From: a virus
Lineage: Duplodnaviria > Caudoviricetes
DNA length: 24,811 bases
IMG/VR virus record: IMGVR_UViG_3300027805_000085
Coordinates: 1-24,811 of that record
Reading direction: 5' to 3' (one strand)
Shown here one piece after another: positions 19,138 through 24,811 of the stretch. Numbering within the stretch: the stretch's first letter is position 1; the number at the start of each line of letters is the position of its first letter. Under the pieces are notes generated by a model that saw nothing but the letters and a program-made list of their open reading frames with translations, had not been told where the DNA came from and did not search any database. The position numbers and the translations under genes were made by a program.

Positions 19138-19437
19138 TTAGAATCCCAACACAGTTCTTAATGTGGTAATCTTGGGCAGGTATATCACTGTTTCAGCTAC
19201 AAAATCCAACGGAGGCTTGGTCAGGGTGTTGGGATTGCGTTGATAAAACACCCACCAAAGAGTTGGGGTGTCATACAAGTCAAAACTCAGTAGGTCTGGA
19301 CGATATTGATAAGTCTGATTGATCTTGAACAAACGATCATCGGGTTGCTTGGGTATGGCGCGATTGACCATGACATCCAAGAAAAATTGACTATATCCGG
19401 TTTGAAAATAAGGACTGGTTGATGTGTAGGCGGCCAT
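19138..19437 (-). CDS. gp53: Baseplate wedge protein, gp53-like (LysM-like), 99 aa
   Basis: YQYRPDLLSFDLYDTPTLWWVFYQRN..IYLP is the gp53/tail-X pattern. Start moved to the ATG at 19437-19435, which has a TAATG overlap and the Shine-Dalgarno AAGGAGG at 19453-19447. Confidence 0.8.
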   Translation of the reverse strand: MAAYTSTSPYFQTGYSQFFLDVMVNRAIPKQPDDRLFKINQTYQYRPDLLSFDLYDTPTLWWVFYQRNPNTLTKPPLDFVAETVIYLPKITTLRTVLGF

Positions 19438-21107
19438 TACCAAAATCCTCCTTTGATCAAGTTACCATTGGCAAATTCTTTGACGCTGAATTGTTTGCTG
19501 ACCTGTTGACGACTCTGTGTTGGCAACATGGTCACTGAGATTTCCATCTTGGTAGGCACGTAGGTGGGACGATTTAGCCCCAGAGTGGGTGGCGCTGGTG
19601 TGTTGGGTATGGCTCCCTTGGTCAAGAAAGCCGCGGCCAATCTGTTTAGGCTGCCAAACACACCATTGGTGGCCACGCTTTGGCGATCTCTATTGGTGGT
19701 CAGATTGGTTCCTATGTTGCCTGGGCTGCCAGAACGAATGTAATCCACATCCGATGGCAAGGTATATGTAAAATTTTGTATCAGGCATGGATGTTCGTTG
19801 AACTGATATTCGCCCAGTCCTGTGAAATATACCAAGGGGGGTGGTGCGCCACGCTCGGCATCTTGCCCGTAGAACATCTTGGTAGCACTTCTAAAAAAGT
19901 GTATGACTGCCAGGAGATAATTGGCTTCAGCAGTGTCCTGGGCGGTAAACATGCCGGTAACAGTTATTGGTTCAATACTGCTGCTTTGATAAAAGTATCC
20001 CTTGTAGTTGCTGTGCGTGAGGTCATAGGGCGCATAGTTGGCCTTGTAGGCTGTGCTGATGGTAGGAGTGTACGGAAATAGCACACCATCTGTGACCGTG
20101 AGTGGTTGTAGTATGCCTGGTTGTGGTGCATTGTACAGGTACTTGCTTTGCGGAGCCAACCTGATACGCACACGCCAGTCGCCGTTGTTGACCTGTCGTC
20201 TTTGACTGGCAATGGTTTGTTGTTGTCGGGCACGCTGGCGTGCATTGAATTCAGCTGACGCCTGCTCCTGAGCCACAGTGACCTCTTCGGGATTCAGCAC
20301 ACGATCGCCGTCGGCACCAAACTCTGTAAGATAACCGTCAACTTCTCCTGCAGGTTGATCTTCTGGCAATATGTTAAGTCCTGTGCTGCTTTCGGTGAAT
20401 CCAAATTCGTCAACAGTTAGAGTTTCCCCGGAATTGAGATCTACTAATTGGTTGTCTGCTTCCTCCGCTGGTATGTCTTCGGGCAGAACATTGAGTCCTG
20501 TAGCAGGATCTTCAACAAATCCTGCTTCGTCGGCCACACCTAGATTCTGACCAGTGTTGAGTAATACCAGATCTTCCTCGCCGGCCGCAGTTGGCACATC
20601 TTCAGCCAACACATTGAGTCCGTCTTGTTCTACGAATACCGGCTCGTCGGTTGCTGGAAATTCTGGATCAGCGCCTGGCGGTACACTTACCAATGCAGAA
20701 TACGGCTGTGATGTTTCTGGCAAAGGCTGATCAGGACTGGTATTGGTGGTGTTGGGTACAAGAAATTGTTGTGGTACCTGACCCTGGATTGTTGCTAAAG
20801 TTTCTTCGTTGAAGGCATTTGCCCGTCTCTGATTTTCAACATTTTGTTGTAATTCAGCCAACACAGCAGGAGATGCTCCTGTTGCTCGAGCCTGGGCCAG
20901 AGCTTGTTCACGATCCTGCAATGACCCTCTGCCGTTTTCTACTGTTACTCTTGCGTTGTCAATTTCTGCTTGATTAGGTGTCACATTTACTAAATTGCCG
21001 CCGGCCGGCGCCACCGGCAATGAACCAATGGGGTTGGCCTTGTTGTAGGCATCAATCTCCTCCTTGGTTACAAAACGTGTTACACCGTTTTCAATAATGT
21101 ATGGCAT
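19437..21107 (-). CDS. Baseplate-tail tube junction/initiator protein (gp48/gp54-like C-terminal domain) with long acidic repeat N-terminus, 556 aa
   Basis: The C-terminal ~250 aa has tube-fold-like motifs GVLFPYTPTI..ITVTGMFTAQ..GAPPPLVYFTGLG..PCLIQNFTYTLP..VPTKMEISVTMLP. It is the first gene of the baseplate operon, upstream of the gp53-like gene. Confidence 0.65.
   Translation of the reverse strand: MPYIIENGVTRFVTKEEIDAYNKANPIGSLPVAPAGGNLVNVTPNQAEIDNARVTVENGRGSLQDREQALAQARATGASPAVLAELQQNVENQRRANAFNEETLATIQGQVPQQFLVPNTTNTSPDQPLPETSQPYSALVSVPPGADPEFPATDEPVFVEQDGLNVLAEDVPTAAGEEDLVLLNTGQNLGVADEAGFVEDPATGLNVLPEDIPAEEADNQLVDLNSGETLTVDEFGFTESSTGLNILPEDQPAGEVDGYLTEFGADGDRVLNPEEVTVAQEQASAEFNARQRARQQQTIASQRRQVNNGDWRVRIRLAPQSKYLYNAPQPGILQPLTVTDGVLFPYTPTISTAYKANYAPYDLTHSNYKGYFYQSSSIEPITVTGMFTAQDTAEANYLLAVIHFFRSATKMFYGQDAERGAPPPLVYFTGLGEYQFNEHPCLIQNFTYTLPSDVDYIRSGSPGNIGTNLTTNRDRQSVATNGVFGSLNRLAAAFLTKGAIPNTPAPPTLGLNRPTYVPTKMEISVTMLPTQSRQQVSKQFSVKEFANGNLIKGGFW
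20358..20636 (-). repeat. Three tandem ~40-aa coding repeats with core F(V/T)E..GLN(V/I)L(A/P)ED
   Basis: FVEQDGLNVLAED, FVEDPATGLNVLPED and FTESSTGLNILPED, with core Asp codons at 20598, 20475 and 20358 (spacing 123 and 117 nt). Further copies occur at 18801-18845 and 16485-16508 in the 942-aa gene. Confidence 0.9.
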
Positions 21108-21124
21108 GTGCTTTTCCTGTGTAG

Positions 21125-21130
21125 TATTTA
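21125..21130 (-). promoter_or_regulatory. Putative gp55-dependent late promoter (TAAATA) heading the baseplate operon
   Basis: Minus strand reads GGGTAAATACTAC, 17 nt before the ATG at 21107. TAAATA is the core of the T4 late promoter TATAAATA, and the motif recurs in the other two sizeable intergenic gaps of the operon. Confidence 0.65.
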
Positions 21131-21163
21131 CCCAAAAAATAATCGGCTAACATAATGATCCGG

Positions 21164-21191
21164 TTGACAACCTGGGTTTTTGTGCTACAAT
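21164..21191 (+). promoter_or_regulatory. sigma70-type promoter for gp55
   Basis: TTGACA (21164-21169), 16-nt spacer, TACAAT (21186-21191), with extended -10 TG at 21183-21184. Confidence 0.75.
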
Positions 21192-21216
21192 AAATAATCA
21201 ATTAGGAGATCTTCCA

Positions 21217-22146
21217 GTGGCAAACACTACCGCTACACCAGCAATACCAAAAACAGCACCCCGTGTGAATTACCTAAACAACCGCGACATACTCAAAGAA
21301 ATACACCTAAGCAAGAATACCTACTGTAGCTATCTCGATCCTGTGCTGGATCACCAGTACGATATCATACTGCCCACGTTGTTAAAAATCAATCAACGCA
21401 CCATTGCCGAAGCAAGAAGAAATCGCGCAGATCGTTTAAAACGTGAAGGCACCATTGTAGATCCTAAAAAAATACCCAACACTGATCTAGTGTTTAGAAT
21501 CACATGTTGGGAACACATACCCATGGCTCCAAAAAAAGTGTCCAAGGCGCAGGCCAAGAAGAAAAAAATTGAAGACATTTTTGAATTGGATCTATTAGAA
21601 GAAGAAGACCCCCTGGCAGACCTGTTGGAAGTTCCTGTGTTGGACGAAAAACATGTAAGGCTGAACTTTCCTCCATTCTATCACTATCGCCTGGACCAAA
21701 ACAAACAACCATACCAGGTGGGCAAAAGTCACTGGCGTGGTGACTTTGAGCATGGCGAATTCAGCAAGGATCACGGAACCATGACTCGTAAGTTGGCCAC
21801 CATGTTCATGAAATTATGTGAACGCTATGCCACACGTAGCAACTGGCGTGGCTATACTTACAATGAAGAAATGCGTGGACAGGCCTTGTTGCAACTCAGT
21901 CAGATCGGTTTACAGTTTGATGAAAGCAAGAGTCAAAATCCTTTTGCCTATTACACTGCTGCCATTACCAACAGTTTTACACGGATCTTGAATCTAGAAA
22001 AGAAAAATCAAAACATCCGTGACGACATGTTGGAAATGAACGGACTCAATCCCAGCTGGACTCGTCAAAATGCTGGCAAGAAAAATCCCAATCTAGGTAT
22101 GGTGGTCACAAACATTGACACAGCCGAGTACAACAACGAAAATTAA
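21217..22146 (+). CDS. gp55: Late-transcription sigma factor, T4 gp55-like, with large insertion (309 aa)
   Basis: NYLNNRDILKEI and NWRGYTYNEEMRGQALLQL..FDESKSQNPFAYYTAAITNSFTRILNLEKK match gp55 motifs. GTG start with AGGAG at 21204-21208. Lies upstream of gp47/gp46 as in T4-like phages. Confidence 0.9.
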   Translation: MANTTATPAIPKTAPRVNYLNNRDILKEIHLSKNTYCSYLDPVLDHQYDIILPTLLKINQRTIAEARRNRADRLKREGTIVDPKKIPNTDLVFRITCWEHIPMAPKKVSKAQAKKKKIEDIFELDLLEEEDPLADLLEVPVLDEKHVRLNFPPFYHYRLDQNKQPYQVGKSHWRGDFEHGEFSKDHGTMTRKLATMFMKLCERYATRSNWRGYTYNEEMRGQALLQLSQIGLQFDESKSQNPFAYYTAAITNSFTRILNLEKKNQNIRDDMLEMNGLNPSWTRQNAGKKNPNLGMVVTNIDTAEYNNEN

Positions 22147-22155
22147 CCAAAGAAC

Positions 22156-22184
22156 TTGCAAAGTCAAACTCCATAGTGTATACT
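22156..22184 (+). promoter_or_regulatory. sigma70-type promoter for gp47 (probably leaderless transcript)
   Basis: TTGCAA (22156-22161), 17-nt spacer, TATACT (22179-22184). ATG is at 22192 with no Shine-Dalgarno. Confidence 0.7.
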
Positions 22185-22191
22185 GTGATCT

Positions 22192-23205
22192 ATGAGTCTA
22201 TTTAAAAAAGTTGCAGTCTGCACTGATATCCACTTTGGTCTGAAATCAAACAGCCTGGTACACAATCAAGACTGTAGTAATTTTGTTGAATGGTTTATAA
22301 AAACTGCCAAGGAAAACGGTTGTGAAACCGGCATGTTCTTGGGTGACTGGAGTCACCAACGTGCGGCCTTGAACATGCAGACCTTGCAGTACAGCCTGCG
22401 TAGTCTGGAAAAGTTAAGTGCCGCATTTGATCGCTTTTATTTTATTCCAGGCAATCACGACTTGTACTATCGTGACAAGCGTGATATCTATAGTACCGAA
22501 TGGGCACGTCACATACCCAACATACAAATTGTCAACGATTGGTTCCAGGACGGTGATGTTGTGATTGCACCCTGGCTGGTCGGAGATGATCACAAGCGTA
22601 TTCCAAAACTCAAGGGTCAGTACATGTTTGGACACTTTGAACTGCCGCATTTCAAAATGAACGCCATGGTAGAAATGCCCGATCATGGAGAGATACAGGT
22701 TGATCACTTTGGAAACTTTGAACGTGTGTTTAGTGGACACTTCCACTTGAGACAGCAAAAGAAAAATATACACTACATCGGCAACTGTTTTCCACACAAC
22801 TATGCCGATGCAGGCGATACTGCACGTGGCATGATGACCCTGACCTGGGGACAAGAGCCGGTGTTCCATGCCTGGCCAGCCCAGCCCTTGTACAAGGTGC
22901 TAAAATTGAGTCAGGTCATAGATCATGCTCCAGACTTGTTGGCTAAAAACATGCATGTGCGTGTGGAACTGGACATTGACATCAGCTATGAAGAAGCCAA
23001 CTTTATCAAAGATACCTTTGTTCGAGACTACAGTCTAAGAGAAATGGCTTTGATTCCTGTGAAAAACAACACCGTAGACACTGACATGGCACCAGGAGAA
23101 ATCAAGTTTGAAAGTGTGGATCAAATTGTAACTGATCAGATCACCAACATTGAAAGTGAATTTTACGATCCCAAGCTGTTGTTGAAAATTTATCAAAATC
23201 TATGA
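22192..23205 (+). CDS. gp47: Recombination endonuclease subunit, gp47 (Mre11/SbcD-like metallophosphoesterase)
   Basis: Complete phosphoesterase motif set: TDIHFG, LGDWSH, PGNHD, FGHFE, SGHFH. Confidence 0.93.
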   Translation: MSLFKKVAVCTDIHFGLKSNSLVHNQDCSNFVEWFIKTAKENGCETGMFLGDWSHQRAALNMQTLQYSLRSLEKLSAAFDRFYFIPGNHDLYYRDKRDIYSTEWARHIPNIQIVNDWFQDGDVVIAPWLVGDDHKRIPKLKGQYMFGHFELPHFKMNAMVEMPDHGEIQVDHFGNFERVFSGHFHLRQQKKNIHYIGNCFPHNYADAGDTARGMMTLTWGQEPVFHAWPAQPLYKVLKLSQVIDHAPDLLAKNMHVRVELDIDISYEEANFIKDTFVRDYSLREMALIPVKNNTVDTDMAPGEIKFESVDQIVTDQITNIESEFYDPKLLLKIYQNL

Positions 23206-24419
23206 GTCAAGGAATCTATTATAAAAACAATACCTATGACGAACTACGAGCCGTGGTGCTGGGCAACTATTACACACCAGAATATTTCAAATTTATTACC
23301 AATGCCAGCATACGCGAACCTCTCATGCGTATCGCAGAAGAAATCAACCAAGACCTAGCGGCCTTTGAACGAATACTGATCCAACACGGTTCTCAAGTCG
23401 TAAGGCCCCGATTGCCCACAGTGGATCAGTTTGTAGAACATCATGAACTGACTCAACAATTTTTAATACCTCCGGTAAATCCACGAGATTGTCACAGCGT
23501 GATTGGTGACACCATGTACAAAGTGAGTCCTCTCGACCAAAACAACCAATTGGTAAACGATTGTGTGACCAACTACAACTCAACTCATCTAGTAGATCTA
23601 TCTACCATCAACAAAGAATTTTATTACAACAGCATGACACAGGTACAGGATTGTTACAATCCTCAACAGGATACCTGGTACTGTCGCAACAAATATGCCG
23701 AACTAGCTGGGCCCGACTGGCCCAGATTTGAGGACTATGTGCAAGGCGCTAGATCTAGTCATCCTTTTATACAACAAGAACTAGATCAGTTTGCTTGGGA
23801 CTTGTGTTACGAAACCAAAGAAGTACACTGGCTAGAAGGCCCAAATATCATGCTGGTCAACGATCACATTGTGGTTGATTGTATCGAATACTGTGATTAT
23901 GCTGGATGGGTTCGCGAACACATGAGCATTGGGGCACGCACTGTTAGCCAAATAAACACCAAGGCTGGTCACACTGACGGTTGTTTTGTGATCCTGGGTC
24001 AACAGACCATACTGGGTATTGATCCTTTGATCGATTATGCACAACACTTTCCTGGCTATCGTGTGATCAGAGTTCCTGCAGAAAGTTATCAAAATCATCT
24101 AGATGATTTTTTGATCATGAAACGTCGTGTGGAGGGACGTTGGTGGGTACCAGGCGAAGAACTCAATGAGGAATTTACAAATTTTGTGGAATTGTACCTG
24201 CGTGATTGGACCGGGCATGTGCATGAAACCGTGTTTGATGTCAATGTATTAGCACTGAATCCTGAAACCGTTTGTGTAAGTAATCACGATCCAGATATTT
24301 TTCGTCAACTAAAGCAAAGAGGCATAGATCCAGTGATTGTGCCCTGGCGACACAGGTTCTTTGTGGATTGTGGTCTACACTGTCTGACTCTAGACCTGCA
24401 CCGCGGTAATATGTTATAA
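23202..24419 (+). CDS. Amidinotransferase-family (pentein / guanidino-modifying) enzyme, 405 aa
   Basis: YDELRAVVLG, VVRP, NPRDCHSVIGD, GHTDGCF, DVNVLALN and C-terminal DCGLHCLTLDLHR (nucleophile Cys, compare GGxHCxTxD) follow the glycine/inosamine-phosphate amidinotransferase pattern. ATGA overlap with gp47. Confidence 0.85.
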   Translation: MSQGIYYKNNTYDELRAVVLGNYYTPEYFKFITNASIREPLMRIAEEINQDLAAFERILIQHGSQVVRPRLPTVDQFVEHHELTQQFLIPPVNPRDCHSVIGDTMYKVSPLDQNNQLVNDCVTNYNSTHLVDLSTINKEFYYNSMTQVQDCYNPQQDTWYCRNKYAELAGPDWPRFEDYVQGARSSHPFIQQELDQFAWDLCYETKEVHWLEGPNIMLVNDHIVVDCIEYCDYAGWVREHMSIGARTVSQINTKAGHTDGCFVILGQQTILGIDPLIDYAQHFPGYRVIRVPAESYQNHLDDFLIMKRRVEGRWWVPGEELNEEFTNFVELYLRDWTGHVHETVFDVNVLALNPETVCVSNHDPDIFRQLKQRGIDPVIVPWRHRFFVDCGLHCLTLDLHRGNML

Positions 24420-24420
24420 T
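24391..24420 (+). promoter_or_regulatory. sigma70-type extended -10 promoter for gp46 (probably leaderless transcript)
   Basis: TG-t-TATAAT at 24412-24420 and a weak -35 TAGACC at 24391-24396 (18-nt spacer). ATG is at 24428 with no Shine-Dalgarno. Confidence 0.65.
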
Positions 24421-24427
24421 CAAAGTC

Positions 24428-24811
24428 ATGATCCAAATAAAAAAATTAACCGTTAAAAACTTTATGAGTGTGGGCAACAGCACACAAGGCATTGATTTTG
24501 ATCGACGAGATCTGACCTTGGTTCTAGGAGAAAACTTAGACCTGGGTGGCGATGGCAGTCGCAATGGCACCGGCAAGACCACAATTATCAATGCCCTCAG
24601 CTATGCCTTGTATGGGCAGGCCTTGAGCAATATTCGCAAAGACAACTTGGTAAACAAGACCAACGGCAAGAGCATGATGGTCGGGTTGGACTTTGTGGTC
24701 AATGGTGCCGAATACCGCATCGAACGTGGGCGCAAACCCAATGTGTTGAAGTTTTACGTCAACAACAAAGAACAAGAAATCACCGATGATGCCCAAGGTG
24801 ATAGTAGAGAA
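24428..24811 (+). CDS. gp46: Recombination ATPase subunit, gp46 (Rad50/SbcC-like), partial
   Basis: Manual translation gives MIQIKKLTVKNFMSVGNSTQGIDF..LTLVLGENLDLGGDGSRNGTGKTTIINALSYALYG..NIRKDNLVNKTN, with the KNFMS motif and Walker A NGTGKTT. Runs off the right edge and is not in the ORF track. Confidence 0.93.
   Translation, partial: MIQIKKLTVKNFMSVGNSTQGIDFDRRDLTLVLGENLDLGGDGSRNGTGKTTIINALSYALYGQALSNIRKDNLVNKTNGKSMMVGLDFVVNGAEYRIERGRKPNVLKFYVNNKEQEITDDAQGDSRE

Noticed and set aside
20358-20636. Spaced repeats considered as a CRISPR-like array or DGR template/variable repeat pair
   Set aside because: The repeats are degenerate, in frame and vary largely at synonymous sites, with ~120-nt spacing. 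No cas or reverse transcriptase gene is present in the window, and the matches are too short for a TR/VR pair.
21316-21774. Intein or homing endonuclease as the explanation for the gp55 insertion
   Set aside because: I find no convincing intein termini (C/S start with HN-C/S/T end) and no LAGLIDADG, HNH or GIY-YIG motif.
24241-24796. Minus-strand ORFs 24241-24591 and 24536-24796
   Set aside because: They are antisense to the clear plus-strand amidinotransferase and gp46 frames.
1-24811. Alternative genetic code (stop-codon reassignment)
   Set aside because: Genes are full length under code 11, and TAA, TAG (13373) and TGA (14782, 23205) all act as stops at tight gene junctions.

Overview
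This window is a gene-dense (about 45% GC by eye) segment of a large T4-like (contractile-tailed) phage genome with two divergent transcription units. The minus strand (21107 to <1) is a tightly coupled baseplate operon. In order it encodes a tube-initiator-like protein, a gp53-like protein, a hub-like protein, a gp5-like spike, a protein with a lysozyme-like domain, gp25, gp6, and a >3,177-codon giant virion protein. The giant protein runs off the left edge and is missing from the ORF track. The plus strand (21217 to >24811) carries the T4-type gp55 late sigma factor, gp47, an inserted amidinotransferase-family gene, and a partial gp46 that is also missing from the ORF track. I see no RNA genes, CRISPR arrays, mobile elements or stop-codon recoding. 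The most unusual observations are: (i) a helical-hairpin plus 'GLN(V/I)LPED' module shared by two different baseplate proteins, with near-identical DNA; (ii) sigma70 promoters ending exactly 7 nt before ATGs, suggesting leaderless mRNAs, one built into the amidinotransferase stop codon; (iii) a gp55 with a ~150-aa insertion behind overlapping early and late promoter motifs; (iv) nested domain architecture and a 7-blade FG-GAP propeller in the giant protein. All family calls come from motif recognition by eye; no searches were run, so novelty is unverified.
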